Counted from the whole stretch's first letter, positions 29,527 through 43,323 are shown. The stretch is DNA of 63,952 bases, filler included, from Candidatus Omnitrophota bacterium (GCA_023140385.1; 4 parts of 4 records of this genome joined end to end with filler, not necessarily neighbours in it); one strand, 5' to 3'. A program made the numbers and translations. Notes: generated by a model from the sequence alone, not told the origin.

Positions 29527-30617
29527 ATGAAAATTAAACTTTCAAGGGATGACTTATTAAGAAGTGTTCAAATTGTACAAAATATTATCTCAACACAGTC
29601 AACTCTTCCTATATTATCTAACTTATTAATGGATGTAAGGGGAAATAAAGCGCACTTAACTACCACAGATCTTGATCTTGGTGTTAGCTGTGCGGTAGAC
29701 GTTAGGGCTGAAGAGGATGGAGCTGTAACTATACCCGCCAAAAAGTTCAGTGATATAATTAGAGAGCTGCCGGGGGATGAAGTGGATATTGTGGTTAAAA
29801 AGAACAATTCTACACATATTAGATCAGAACAGGCGTACTTTAAATTAATGGGGATATCTAAAGATGAATTTCCTAAACTACCGGCGTTTGAAAATAAGGA
29901 GTTTATTGTAATACAGCAGGCAGTCCTGAAAAACATACTTGAGAAAACAGTATTCGCTATCTCAAAAGATGAAACTCGGTATATTTTAAATGGAATATTA
30001 TTGGAAGTTGAAGAAGGGGTTATTGGAATGATATCTACTGACGGCCGTCGACTCGCGTTAGTGAAGAAAAAACAAGACCTCCCGCAAGGATTCAAGAAAA
30101 AGGCGGTTATTCCAGTTAAAACCATATATGAGTTAAGTAGAAATCTATCAATTAGAGGTGAAGTAAGGATTATTTTCAGCGATAATCAGATATGTTTTGA
30201 ATTTAATGGAATAACCATAATATCCCGCCTTATTGAAGGGGATTTTCCTGATTACACGCAAGTTATACCTAAACCCGTAAAAAACAAGGTGCGCGTTAAT
30301 AAAAAAGATTTTTTGAGAGCCATAAAAAGAGTTGCCCTTTTTACTAATCCGGATTCAAAAGCGATAAAGGTGGATATTTTAAAAAATAAAATGATACTTT
30401 CAAAAAACTCGCCTGATTTAGGAGAGGCTAAGGATGAGTTAGATATAGAGTATGGCGGTAATGAAATGAGTATAGGTTTTAATCCGGTATATTTATTAGA
30501 TGTGTTAAAGGTTTTAGAAGAAGAGATGGTGAGCTTAGAGGTGGTTGATCCGCAAAAGCCGGCGGTAATTAGATCCGGCGATGAAAATATCTTTATAGTC
30601 CTACCTATGCAGTTAGT

Positions 30618-30621
<4 letters not shown>
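29527..30621 (+). CDS. dnaN: DNA polymerase III beta sliding clamp
   Basis: TLPILSN, TTDLD, DETRYILNG, STDGRRL, SRLIEGDFPDY, IGFNPVYL, VLPM. Second ATG chosen by RBS spacing. Confidence 0.97.
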
Positions 30622-33417
<2,796 letters not shown>

Positions 33418-33439
33418 GTGAAAGGATAAAAAGACAGTT

Positions 33440-35863
33440 ATGTACACCAAGGGCGAAAAGATTATACCTGTATATATTGAAGACGAGATGAAGCGCTCAT
33501 ACATTGACTACGCGATGAGCGTTATAGTCGGCCGGGCACTGCCGGACATCAGAGACGGGCTTAAGCCGGTTCACCGGCGAATCCTTTTTGCCATGAAAGA
33601 CCTTAATCTCTGGCACAACAAGCCCTATAAAAAGTGCGCTCGAATTGTCGGTGACTGCCTGGGCCGCTTTCATCCCCACGGAGATACGGCCGTTTATGAC
33701 GCCCTGGTACGAATGGTGCAGGACTTTTCCCTCAGATACCCGCTTATAGAAGGGCAGGGAAACTTTGGCTCCATTGACGGCGATCCGCCGGCGGCGATGC
33801 GTTATACGGAAGCAAAATTAGAAACCATATCAAACGAGATGTTGAGAGATATTGATAGAAACACCGTTGACTTTGGTCCCAACTTTGATAATTCACTTAC
33901 AGAGCCAAAGGTTCTTCCCGCAGCCATCCCCAACCTCTTAATTAACGGCTCAAGCGGCATCGCGGTTGGTATGGCAACCAACATACCGTCTCATAATTTA
34001 GGTGAAGTGGTGGCGGCGGTGATTAAATTGATTGATGAGCCCGAAGCTACCATTAGGGATCTGATGAAACATATTGAGGGCCCCGACTTTCCGACGAGCG
34101 GTACTATTTGCGGAAGAGAAGGCATTAGGCAAGCCTACTTAACCGGGCGGGGAAAGCTGCGAATTCGCGCCAAGGCCTATATTGAAACGCATCAAAGCGG
34201 CAAAGAGTCTATAATTATTACCGAACTGCCGTATCAGGTAAACAAGGTTAATATGGTAGAACAGATAGCGGACCTTGTTCAATCAAAGAGAGTAGAGGGC
34301 GTAAGCGACCTGAGAGACGAGTCTTCTAAGGAGGGCATCAGGGTGGTTGTTGAGTTGCGCAAAACCCATTCTGCCCAGGTTATTCTTAACCGCCTATACA
34401 AACACACCCAGATGGAGACAACCTTTGGGGTTATAATGCTGGCGTTGGTAAACAATCAACCTAAGGTTTTAAATCTCAAACAAATTCTCTCTCTGTTTTT
34501 AGATCACCGCAAAGACGTTATTGTTCGCCGGACAAAGTTTGATCTGGCTAAAGCGGAGGCCCGGGCGCATATTCTGGAGGGGCTGAAAATCGCCCTTAAG
34601 CATCTTGATGAGGTAATAAAGGTAATTAAACAGTCCAAGACGCCCGCCATAGCTAAAGAAAACCTGATAAAAAAGTTTGGCTTAAGCGGAATACAGGCGC
34701 AGGCAATTCTTGAGATGCAGCTTCAAAGGCTTACTAACCTTGAAAGAGATAAAATTGAGAAAGAGTACTTAGAGCTTATCAAAAAAATTGAGATGCTGCG
34801 ATCTATTCTCAAAAATCCCAAGAAGGTCATGGAAATAATAAAAAAAGACCTTTTAGAAATCAAAGATAAGTACGGTGACCCGAGGAGGACGGATATTATA
34901 GGAGAGGTTGAAGATATTGAAATAGAGGATTTGATAGCCAAAGAGAACATGGTGATTACTATGAGTCACGCCGGCTATATAAAACGCATACCAATATCTT
35001 CATACAAACAGCAGAAACGCGGCGGTAAAGGTGTGATGGGGAGCCAGCTGAAGGACGAAGATTTTGTTGAGCATTTATTTATTGCCTCGACACACGACTA
35101 TATTTTATTTTTCACCGACAAGGGAAAGGTTTATTGGCTGAAGGTTTACGAGGTGCCCCAGAGCGCCAGGGCGTCTAAGGGGCGGGCCGTGATTAACCTG
35201 CTTCAGGTATCAAAAGATGAAAAAGTAACCTCTTTTGTCTGTGTTTCCGCCTTTTCCGAGGACAGGTTTTTGGTTATGGCGACGGAAAAAGGAGTCATTA
35301 AAAAGACAAGGCTTTCAGCCTATAGCAATCCAAGAAAAGGAGGCATCGCGGCCATTACCATCAAAGAAGACGACAAGCTTATTTCCTGCGGCCTGACCGA
35401 CGGCAATAGCGAGATTGTCCTGGCCTCGAAGATGGGCAAAAGCATCAGGTTTAACGAATCTCACGTAAGAAATATGGGCCGTACGGCGAGCGGCGTCAGA
35501 GGCATTAGGCTGGATAAAGATGACAGCTGTATAGGTATGGTTATTAGCGGCAAGGACGCTTCTTTGTTGTCGGTGACCGAAGGGGGCTTTGTTAAGAGGA
35601 CATCTGTTGAAGAGTATAGGACGCAGTCACGAGGCGGCAGAGGGGTTATTAACATTAAGGTTACCGCCAGAAACGGTATGGTGGTGGGCATAAAAAATGT
35701 GGCGCATGAGGATGAGCTGATGGTTATTACTTCAACCAGCATGGTAGTCAGGTGCGCGGTTAAAGATATTAGGTCGATAGGCAGAAACACTCAGGGCGTG
35801 AAGCTTATTTCCTTAAAAGCCGGAGATAAGGTGGTTGCCGTGGCCACCCTTGTTCCGGAATGA
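33440..35863 (+). CDS. gyrA: DNA gyrase subunit A
   Basis: [21 protein letters not shown], GyrA-box QKRGGKG, C-terminal pinwheel repeats. Confidence 0.98.
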   Translation: MYTKGEKIIPVYIEDEMKRSYIDYAMSVIVGRALPDIRDGLKPVHRRILFAMKDLNLWHNKPYKKCARIVGDCLGRFHPHGDTAVYDALVRMVQDFSLRYPLIEGQGNFGSIDGDPPAAMRYTEAKLETISNEMLRDIDRNTVDFGPNFDNSLTEPKVLPAAIPNLLINGSSGIAVGMATNIPSHNLGEVVAAVIKLIDEPEATIRDLMKHIEGPDFPTSGTICGREGIRQAYLTGRGKLRIRAKAYIETHQSGKESIIITELPYQVNKVNMVEQIADLVQSKRVEGVSDLRDESSKEGIRVVVELRKTHSAQVILNRLYKHTQMETTFGVIMLALVNNQPKVLNLKQILSLFLDHRKDVIVRRTKFDLAKAEARAHILEGLKIALKHLDEVIKVIKQSKTPAIAKENLIKKFGLSGIQAQAILEMQLQRLTNLERDKIEKEYLELIKKIEMLRSILKNPKKVMEIIKKDLLEIKDKYGDPRRTDIIGEVEDIEIEDLIAKENMVITMSHAGYIKRIPISSYKQQKRGGKGVMGSQLKDEDFVEHLFIASTHDYILFFTDKGKVYWLKVYEVPQSARASKGRAVINLLQVSKDEKVTSFVCVSAFSEDRFLVMATEKGVIKKTRLSAYSNPRKGGIAAITIKEDDKLISCGLTDGNSEIVLASKMGKSIRFNESHVRNMGRTASGVRGIRLDKDDSCIGMVISGKDASLLSVTEGGFVKRTSVEEYRTQSRGGRGVINIKVTARNGMVVGIKNVAHEDELMVITSTSMVVRCAVKDIRSIGRNTQGVKLISLKAGDKVVAVATLVPE

Positions 35864-35867
35864 AAGA

Positions 35868-35962
35868 AGCGTAAAATGTAAAGCGAAAAGCGTAAAACGA
35901 TAGCTTAAAAATAAAAGCAAGAAGATTAAGAATTAAAAGGGAAATCCTAAATCCTAAATCCG
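35868..35962. repeat. Heptamer tandem repeats at contig end
   Basis: AAGCGTA AAATGTA AAGCGAA AAGCGTA, then AAATCCT AAATCCT AAATCCG running into the gap. Confidence 0.65.
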
Positions 35963-36062
35963 NNNNNNNNNNNNNNNNNNNNNNNNNNNNNNNNNNNNNN
36001 NNNNNNTTAATTAATTAANNNNNNNNNNNNNNNNNNNNNNNNNNNNNNNNNNNNNNNNNNNN
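35963..36062. other. Artificial contig spacer
   Basis: 100 nt of Ns around TTAATTAATTAA. Confidence 0.97.
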
Positions 36063-37153
36063 TTGAGCTCATAAAAAGAATTGATAAGGATAGATTTAAT
36101 ATATTTGTTATTTGTGGCGAAAATGGCCCGTTTATTGATAGATTAAAAAAAGAAAATATAAGCGCTGAAGTTATTTCTTTAGCAGAATCAGTTAAAAATA
36201 TGCGAAGAGATACTTTTAGCTTAAACATATTTAAAAAGGGAAGCGCGGCTTTAAGTTTTTTAAAATATATTTTTAGAATAGCAGGTTTTATCAGGAAACA
36301 TAAAATTGATATCGTGTATAGCATATCAATTAAATCTCATATTTATGGAGGATTGGCCGCTAAGCTGACTTTCAAAAAATCTATATGGCATTTACATGAT
36401 AGAATAAGCGCTGATTATTTTCCGGATAATTTATGTAAAGTGATTGCTATCGCTTCTAAGTTTTTGCCTCAAAAAATAATTTGCAATTCAAATGAAACTC
36501 TTAAAACATTAAGCAATTACAAGGGAGCAGTCAAAAAAGCGATAGTTATACATAACGGTATAGACATAGAGAAGTTTAAACCTATGGCCGATAAAGGATT
36601 TAATAAAGTAGTTGCTTTGATTGGGCGAATTAGTTCCATAAAGGGACAAGATGTATTTATTAAAGCCGCTGAGGACGTATTAACACAGTTTCCGGGTGCT
36701 AAATTTATTATAGTTGGCGATGCGCTTTTTGGTGAGTTAGAATACAAGAATAAAATTATCGAGATGATAAATAAATCTAAATTCAGGGAAAGTATTAAAT
36801 ATAAAGGAGCAGATAACGATATTCCTATGTTACTAATTCGTAATGTTGATATTTTAGTTCATGCCGCCACTATTCCTGAGTCGTTTGGGATGACAGTAGC
36901 CGAAGGCATGGCATCAGCCCTACCCGTCATCGCGGCCAACGCGGGCGGTATACCAGAGATGATAAAAGACGAAGAAAACGGCCTCCTCTACAAGCCCGGC
37001 AACTCAAATGAACTAGCAATCAAAATATCAAAGCTCCTAACAGACGAAAACCTGGCAAAAACCCTAGCAAAAAACGCCAGAAAAACCATAGAAAAGAATT
37101 TCAACATAAAAGACAAAGTAAAACAAATAGAACAACTATTACTAACCCTATAA
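36063..37153 (+). CDS. GT4 family glycosyltransferase (5' partial)
   Basis: Frame open from the contig edge (ELIKRIDKDRFNI...). IHNGID, GRISSIKGQD, PESFGMTVAEGMAS (EX7E). Confidence 0.9.
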
Positions 37154-37159
37154 TTAACC

Positions 37160-37186
37160 ACTGTCCCACCTCGTAGGTGGGACAGT
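37160..37186. repeat. REP palindrome copy 1
   Basis: ACTGTCCCACCT-CGT-AGGTGGGACAGT, perfect 12-bp stem. Confidence 0.9.
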
Positions 37187-37308
37187 AAGGTAATTTGATA
37201 CATCAAAATGAGCCAAGCTGGCAATATGCGATATTAAGCGCATAGTTATTAATAATTTGACAAAATGCATATCATCTTGTTAAATCATTTGACAGAATGA
37301 TAGTATAA

Positions 37309-37371
37309 TAACCACCAGCCCACCTCGCAGGAGGAACTAACCACTGTCCCACCTACGAGGTGGGACGATAG
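37309..37371. repeat. Degenerate REP copy followed by REP copy 2
   Basis: taaccaccagcccacctcgcaggaggaac followed by taaccactGTCCCACCT-ACG-AGGTGGGACgatag. Confidence 0.85.
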
Positions 37372-37390
37372 CGGTAAAGGATAATTTAAT

Positions 37391-38485
37391 ATGAAAGTAG
37401 CTATTGTTCATGATTATTTAAATCAGTATGGCGGGGCGGAGAAGGTGATTGAGGTTTTACATGAGATATACCCTGACGCGCCTATTTATACGTCTTTATA
37501 CGATAAAGAGAAAATGCCGGATAGTTTTAGGGAAATGGATGTCAGGGTATCTTTTATGCAAAAACTGCCGTTTGTCAAAAAGCACTTTAAAAAGTACCTG
37601 CCTTTTTTTCACGCGGCCTTTGAGACTTTCGACCTGTCTGAGTATGACGTTGTATTTTCATCGTCAAGCGCCTTTGCCAAATGCGCCAGGACCACGGATG
37701 ACACCTGCCATATATCATATGTGCATACGCCTGCCAGATTTATCTGGTTTTATGATGAGTACATTAAAAGGGAAGATCTTCACGGAATTTATCTTTATAT
37801 TTTGCCTTTTATCATTAAATATCTAAAAAAGATTGATTTAGGCTCGTCAAATTGTGTTGATTATTTTATAGCCAACTCCTATAATGTGAAAGACAGAATA
37901 AAAAGGTTCTACGGCAAAGAGGCGGAGGTTATCTATCCGCCGGTTGAGTGCGCGCGCTTTAACAAAGAGGTTCAAAAAGGCGATTACTTTCTCGCCGTAT
38001 CGCGTTTAAGGGAATATAAAAGGATGGATGTAGCCATTGAGACCTTTAATGAACTGGGACTGCCGCTTAAGGTCATCGGTTCAGGCAGTGATAGGGCAAA
38101 GTTGGAGCAGATGGCGAAGAGTAATATTGAGTTTCTGGGCAGAATTGACGATGACGGCCTGGCCGATTACTATAGCGGTTGCCGTGCGTTAATTTTTACC
38201 GGTGAGGAAGATTTGGGAATTATCCCCCTTGAAGCCATGTCAGCCGGCCGTCCGGTAATAGCCTACAAAGCCGGCGGAGCGCTTGAGACGGTCGTAGAAG
38301 GCGTAACCGGCAAATTCTTCTACCCGCAAGACAAAGACGCCCTAATCAAAGCCGTTCGCGCCTTCAAAGACAATGACTACGATGAAGCCGCCATAAGAAC
38401 CCACGCCCGGAAATTTGATACGCAGGTTTTCAAACAAAAAATAAAAGATTTCGTAGACGTCAAGTACCGCGAATTCAAAAAATAA
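37391..38485 (+). CDS. GT4 glycosyltransferase (WbaZ/mannosyltransferase-like)
   Basis: MKVAIVHDYL...GGAEKV, DAPIYT, SSSSAFAK, YVHTP.R, VIYPPV, EEDLGIIPLEAMSAGRPVIAY. Confidence 0.92.
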   Translation: MKVAIVHDYLNQYGGAEKVIEVLHEIYPDAPIYTSLYDKEKMPDSFREMDVRVSFMQKLPFVKKHFKKYLPFFHAAFETFDLSEYDVVFSSSSAFAKCARTTDDTCHISYVHTPARFIWFYDEYIKREDLHGIYLYILPFIIKYLKKIDLGSSNCVDYFIANSYNVKDRIKRFYGKEAEVIYPPVECARFNKEVQKGDYFLAVSRLREYKRMDVAIETFNELGLPLKVIGSGSDRAKLEQMAKSNIEFLGRIDDDGLADYYSGCRALIFTGEEDLGIIPLEAMSAGRPVIAYKAGGALETVVEGVTGKFFYPQDKDALIKAVRAFKDNDYDEAAIRTHARKFDTQVFKQKIKDFVDVKYREFKK

Positions 38486-38495
38486 GCGTTTTTAG

Positions 38496-38528
38496 TTGCA
38501 TTATTTTAACATATATGATAAAATAATG
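38496..38528 (+). promoter_or_regulatory. abiEi promoter with overlapping palindromic operator
   Basis: TTGCAT-17 nt-TAAAAT. Palindrome CATTATTTTAACAT-AT-ATGATAAAATAATG (13/14) at 38499-38528. ATG follows the -10 box after a 6-nt gap. Confidence 0.7.
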
Positions 38529-38530
38529 GT

Positions 38531-39169
38531 ATGAAATGGGATTGTTTTATTAAGACTGTAAGAAATTTGCCGGTTATTGATATCAATAATTTGGTTAGCG
38601 GGAACGTATTGCCTATTTCTATTAGAGTGCAAGTAAGCCGCTGGCACAAAGCAGGTAAGGTTGTTCAGCTTAAACGAGGGCTTTATCTGTTATCACAGCC
38701 TTACCGCAGGGTAAAGGTCAGTGAGTTTTATCTGGCGTCAATTTTAAAGATGCCATCCTATATTAGCTTAGAGAAGGCGCTGGAATATTATAATCTCATC
38801 CCTGAAGGTGTTCCGGTCTTCACTTCGGTAACAGGTAAAAGGCCGCGTGTATATAAAAATGAAGTAGGGGTTTTTGAGTATAGGCATATAAAGAGCGCGC
38901 TTTTCTGGGGGTATATTTCTCTCACTCTTGATAATCAAACGGGTTTTATGGCCTTGCCCGAGAAGGCCCTGCTTGACCTGTTCTATTTAAAGCCCGGAAA
39001 GGTTACTCCAGATTACTTAGAAGGTTTGCGCCTGCAAAATCTTGAAAGCGTTAATTTTAATACGCTCCTTGATTTCGCGAAAAAATTTAATAAACCCAAA
39101 AGCCTCGAGGATGCTCGTACGGTTAAAAAGTATATTGAGACTCGCGGGAAAAAAGAGAAAAAACTATGA
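38531..39169 (+). CDS. Type IV toxin-antitoxin antitoxin, AbiEi-like
   Basis: wHTH LKRGLY, PSYISLEKALEYYNLIPE, ALPEKALLDLFY. Overlaps the downstream NTase gene. Confidence 0.85.
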   Translation: MKWDCFIKTVRNLPVIDINNLVSGNVLPISIRVQVSRWHKAGKVVQLKRGLYLLSQPYRRVKVSEFYLASILKMPSYISLEKALEYYNLIPEGVPVFTSVTGKRPRVYKNEVGVFEYRHIKSALFWGYISLTLDNQTGFMALPEKALLDLFYLKPGKVTPDYLEGLRLQNLESVNFNTLLDFAKKFNKPKSLEDARTVKKYIETRGKKEKKL

Positions 39170-39975
39170 AAGATTATGTTTTAGAACTGGCCCGTTCCCA
39201 CGAAGGCTATAATGCCAAGTTAAATGTGATGAGAGAGTATCTTCAGGCGTATATTCTGAGAATGCTGTACGCGAAGAAATTTTTTCGCGCGACAGTCTTT
39301 TTGGGCGGAACCGCTCTGAGATTTTTACACGGCCTTCCGCGTTTCTCGGAAGATTTGGACTTTTCGCTTGTCAAGAAGATCGAGATGCCATTTGTCGAAA
39401 TTATCAAGATTCTAAAGAACGAGTTGTCGTTGGCCGGTTACAGCGTTTCTGTAAAATATGATGATGAGAGTACTGTTCAATACGCCCTTATCAAATTTGA
39501 GGGCCTGATGAAAGAAGCGGGAATTTCCCCTCACTATGAACAACTCCTGTCCATCAAGGTTGATATTGATACAAATCCGCCGCGCGGGGCGGGCTTAGAG
39601 ACGGGGATTGTAAATAAATATTTTCCGCTTTCATTTTTGTCATACGACCTGCCTTCGTTGTTCAGCGGCAAGATTCACTGCGTTTTAAACCGTAATTATA
39701 CTAAAGGCCGTGATTTGTTTGATTTGGGCTGGTACTTATCCCGCTGGAAAGACATTAGTCCCAATTTTGCCTTTCTTGATAATGCTTTAAAGCAAACAAA
39801 TTGGCAGGGAACCTACCCCGCGAAAGAAAATTGGCGTAATTGCCTTTTTGAAGTAGTTAAGAATATGGATTGGGATAAAGTAAACGCCGATGTCGGCAGA
39901 TTTCTTGAAAGTTCAGCAGACTCTACGGTTTTCAGCAAAGAAAACCTGCTTAAGCTTATAACCGCCACCCAATAA
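39166..39975 (+). CDS. Type IV toxin, AbiEii/AbiGii nucleotidyltransferase
   Basis: FLGGTALR...LPRFSEDLDF, KIH....R...KGRDLFDL. Confidence 0.9.
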   Translation: MKDYVLELARSHEGYNAKLNVMREYLQAYILRMLYAKKFFRATVFLGGTALRFLHGLPRFSEDLDFSLVKKIEMPFVEIIKILKNELSLAGYSVSVKYDDESTVQYALIKFEGLMKEAGISPHYEQLLSIKVDIDTNPPRGAGLETGIVNKYFPLSFLSYDLPSLFSGKIHCVLNRNYTKGRDLFDLGWYLSRWKDISPNFAFLDNALKQTNWQGTYPAKENWRNCLFEVVKNMDWDKVNADVGRFLESSADSTVFSKENLLKLITATQ

Positions 39976-40036
39976 TTAACCCCCAGCTGCCAATCTTGGA
40001 GGTTGGGTTATAGTAGTTGATAGAGGAGAGCGAGTA

Positions 40037-40591
40037 ATGGATTTTGAAAAAGTTCTTAAGCTGCTTATGAAGGATTTTGAAAAAAAGAATATAAACTATG
40101 CCCTTGTAGGCGGATTCGCGATGGGAGCTTTGGGAATTATGAAAACTACAATGGATTTAGACTTCCTTGTTGAGCACAGCGATCTCCCTAAAATAAGGGA
40201 GCTTATGAAAAAATATAGCTACAAGCGCGTTTATAATACGGAAAATGTATCTCAGTATGTATCGGATACAAAAATTTTTGGCGAACTTGATTTTCTCCAC
40301 GCCTTTAGAGAAATATCTATTTCTATGCTTAAAAGATCTAAAGCGATTTCTGTTTTTGAGGGGAAGCTTAAAATAAGAGTATTAATACCTGAAGACATTA
40401 TCGGCTTAAAATTACAGGCATTAGCTAATAATCCTGTAAGAGAAAATAAAGAGTACGCGGACATAGAGATGATCGCGAAGTATTTTGGAGATAAGTTAGA
40501 TTGGGATTTAATAAAAGAGTATTTTAACCTGTTTCAAAAAGAGAGTGAGTATGCAAAGTTGAGGAAGAGATATGGGCATTTTAAGCGATAA
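40037..40591 (+). CDS. Nucleotidyltransferase-fold protein
   Basis: YALVGGFAMG.....TTMDLDFLV, PEDIIGLKLQA, ADI. Confidence 0.8.
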   Translation: MDFEKVLKLLMKDFEKKNINYALVGGFAMGALGIMKTTMDLDFLVEHSDLPKIRELMKKYSYKRVYNTENVSQYVSDTKIFGELDFLHAFREISISMLKRSKAISVFEGKLKIRVLIPEDIIGLKLQALANNPVRENKEYADIEMIAKYFGDKLDWDLIKEYFNLFQKESEYAKLRKRYGHFKR

Positions 40592-40799
40592 AGAAAAGCG
40601 GGAGCTCCTGCGTTTCTCGCGTTCGCGGTCATTGAGGAATGATTTTCAGCAAATTGAAAAAAACCGCCGTGATTTATGTATAAAAAGCGGCCCGATGACT
40701 GCTGACGACTATATTAAATTCGCGACAGCAACCAACGCTATGATAGATCATCTAAGAAAACCGTTTATAAAAATAAAAGGTAATAATTTTAAAATATAG
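40572..40799 (+). CDS. Small hypothetical protein coupled to the NTase
   Basis: 75-aa ORF overlapping the NTase 3' end by 20 nt. Confidence 0.6.
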   Translation: MGILSDKEKRELLRFSRSRSLRNDFQQIEKNRRDLCIKSGPMTADDYIKFATATNAMIDHLRKPFIKIKGNNFKI

Positions 40800-40808
40800 A
40801 GCATATAC

Positions 40809-41336
40809 ATGGATAAAATCCAGTTTTTATTAAATTTAGTCACCATAGCCTTTTTGCTGATGGCGGGAGCTGTTGCCTTCAATATTGGACTGAAGAAGCG
40901 GGAAGGGGCATGGTATTTTACCTCGGGTGTATTTGTTTTAAGCGGGATAAACAAAATATTTGATTTTGACAATATGGTAGGCAGTTGGTTTTTGGCGGAT
41001 GGGATTGAGTTCATAAATTGGGCCAACAGGACTTTGCCCTGGCTCAGGCTTTATAAACAGCCGGGTTTTATTGTAGACTTTCTCTTTCTTATAGCCGGAG
41101 TCGCGGCCGTTTTAGCGATATACAAGAGGATGAGGCGCGATATTTTAAGTTATAGCTTTTTTGCCGCTGGTGTGGTATCCTTTTTAGGAGTGATTTTTAT
41201 AGGTTTTTGCCTCGCCGGAGTGATTGGCGCGGCCTTTCAGGCAAACGGCCTGCAAATGATAAAGGACACCCTTGAGTCCGCCGGAGCCCTTTGTTTTTTC
41301 GCGGCTTTTTTAAGTTTCAACCGTATTACCTTTTAG
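40809..41336 (+). CDS. Hypothetical multi-pass membrane protein
   Basis: About 5 hydrophobic segments; similar to the next gene. Confidence 0.75.
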   Translation: MDKIQFLLNLVTIAFLLMAGAVAFNIGLKKREGAWYFTSGVFVLSGINKIFDFDNMVGSWFLADGIEFINWANRTLPWLRLYKQPGFIVDFLFLIAGVAAVLAIYKRMRRDILSYSFFAAGVVSFLGVIFIGFCLAGVIGAAFQANGLQMIKDTLESAGALCFFAAFLSFNRITF

Positions 41337-41346
41337 GGAGGAGCGG

Positions 41347-41883
41347 ATGGAGGCCTTAGGCTATATTGAGTATGTGGTAATGGCTTCTTTTATGTGGCTG
41401 GCGCTTCTATGTATAGCAAACTTTTACAGCCGCAGCGATACCAAGTGGTTTCTTATGGCGGTTTTTTACGGCTTGTTGGTGCTTAATAAAATATGGCCGT
41501 TAAACTGTATGCTGGGGGATTGGCTGGTAGCCGATAAGGCGCACTGGTTGATGCCCATTGACAAGATGCTGCCCTGGCTGATGATATATCATTTGGCATC
41601 AAAGTGGATAATGTTTGTGTTTTGCGTGCTGTTTTTTATCGGCTTTACCTCGCTTTTGTCACAGCTGGTCTACAGAAGGGTTGTTTTTTTGCTGGGCGCT
41701 TGCGGATTATTGATTTATAGTATCACTTTTATATGGTGGATATACTGGAGTTTAGCGGGGGAGCATATGATGTCGCAGATAGTTATCTATAACTGTAAAA
41801 ATCTGCTTTTAATCGCGGGTAATCTCTTTTTTGTTATATCGTTCTCTTTGGCGTTGAAGCAGACAAGGCTGAAAAGGTCTTAA
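41347..41883 (+). CDS. Hypothetical multi-pass membrane protein
   Basis: About 5 hydrophobic segments, GGAGG RBS; shares NKI..N.M.G.W..AD...LPWL..Y with the previous gene. Confidence 0.75.
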   Translation: MEALGYIEYVVMASFMWLALLCIANFYSRSDTKWFLMAVFYGLLVLNKIWPLNCMLGDWLVADKAHWLMPIDKMLPWLMIYHLASKWIMFVFCVLFFIGFTSLLSQLVYRRVVFLLGACGLLIYSITFIWWIYWSLAGEHMMSQIVIYNCKNLLLIAGNLFFVISFSLALKQTRLKRS

Positions 41884-41887
41884 AAGA

Positions 41888-42721
41888 ATGAAGAAAAACC
41901 TTATAAAGTTACAGATTGGCGTAATAGGCGCGGTGCTTTTATATATGTACTGGCCGGTATTTTGCTGGATGATTGAGCAGTGGGAAAATAATCCCAACTA
42001 CACCCACGGTTACATAGTGCCGCTTGCCTGCGGTTATCTTATTTTTAAAAAAAGGGAAATCCTGAAGAAGATTCCGGCTAAGGCTTCAATGGCCGGCATC
42101 CGGCTTTTTGGAGTTGGTATGCTGTTGTATCTACTGGGAAACCGCATTGAGTTTGTACAGATTTCGCTGTTTTCCTTTTTGGTGGTAGTTTTCGGCCTGG
42201 TGTTATTTTATCAGGGCAGGGAGAGGTTTAGGGAGTTTATCTTTCCGCTGGGCTATTTTATCTTTGCCATACCGATGCCGGAGTATCTTGAGTCGTTTAC
42301 CATACCTCTAAAAAGTATGGCGAGCAAGGTTTCAACCGACATTATGCAGATGTTTGGTTTTAATGTAATACGCGAAGGCAATATTATTTTTCTTCCTAAT
42401 TATACCCTGGAGGTAGCGACGGCCTGCAGCGGGCTGAAGTCGCTGGTGCTGGTGACGGCGGTAGGCGCTTTATACGCTTATCTTACCCAGCGGACAATCG
42501 GAAGAAAGTGGCTGCTTTTCGCGTTTTCCGTGCCTATAGCCGTTTTGGCGAACATCGCGCGCATAGTAATGGTAGCTATGCTGGCTTCATTCTACGGAGA
42601 GAAGCTGGCCTTTGATTTTGTGCATGACTTTTCCGGTATCTTTGTCTTTGTTGTAGCGGGTATACTTTTAGCTGTTACAGGAGTAATGATAGAATGGATA
42701 GCAAAAAAACGGGCTGGCTGA
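41888..42721 (+). CDS. xrt: Exosortase (EpsH family)
   Basis: W..NPNYTHG..VP, EVATACSGLKS (Cys), ANIARI (Arg), HDFSG (His); multiple TM segments. Confidence 0.93.
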   Translation: MKKNLIKLQIGVIGAVLLYMYWPVFCWMIEQWENNPNYTHGYIVPLACGYLIFKKREILKKIPAKASMAGIRLFGVGMLLYLLGNRIEFVQISLFSFLVVVFGLVLFYQGRERFREFIFPLGYFIFAIPMPEYLESFTIPLKSMASKVSTDIMQMFGFNVIREGNIIFLPNYTLEVATACSGLKSLVLVTAVGALYAYLTQRTIGRKWLLFAFSVPIAVLANIARIVMVAMLASFYGEKLAFDFVHDFSGIFVFVVAGILLAVTGVMIEWIAKKRAG

Positions 42722-43323
42722 TAATTGTTATTTTGCTGGCTGTAATTGGTTTAACCAAATCAGGCGTGTTAATCAGTAAGGATGACTTTGTGAGAAAGCA
42801 GCTTTCCGAACTGCCTTATGAGCTGGACGGCTGGCGCGGTGAGGATATGAAGTATCCTGACTGGCTGAAAGAGTCCTTAAAGGCGGAGGAGTTTATTATC
42901 AGGGGTTACGAGAATGCCGGCGGGCAAAAGGTAAAGCTCTATGCCGGCTTTTTTTCATCAAGAAAAGGTACCTCTACGCACAATCCTGACGTCTGTTATC
43001 CGGCGCAGGGCTGGAAGATTGAAGAAAAGGCGGCGGTTAATCTGAAGATTGAAGGGCGAAACTATCGTTTGGCTAAAAGAGTATTGACTAAAGGGCTGAA
43101 TAAGAAGGTTATTATTTTTTGGTATCAGGCGGGCAATAAAACTTATGCCCACAAGCTCTTGCATCAGCTGGTTGTCATCAAGGATGCCGTGATAAAAAAT
43201 AGTATGAAGGCAAGCATTGTCAGGATTTCTGTGACCCAGGACCGCTCTCTGGAGGAGGCCCTTGAAATTGAAAAAGAGTTTTCGCGCGTAATTATTCCCG
43301 TGTTGGTGGATTATTTACCTTAA
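42694..43323 (+). CDS. epsI: EpsI family exosortase-associated protein
   Basis: LPYELDGWRG, R.Y, HNPDVCYPAQGW, IFWYQ, IVRIS. Confidence 0.9.
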   Translation: MDSKKTGWLIIVILLAVIGLTKSGVLISKDDFVRKQLSELPYELDGWRGEDMKYPDWLKESLKAEEFIIRGYENAGGQKVKLYAGFFSSRKGTSTHNPDVCYPAQGWKIEEKAAVNLKIEGRNYRLAKRVLTKGLNKKVIIFWYQAGNKTYAHKLLHQLVVIKDAVIKNSMKASIVRISVTQDRSLEEALEIEKEFSRVIIPVLVDYLP

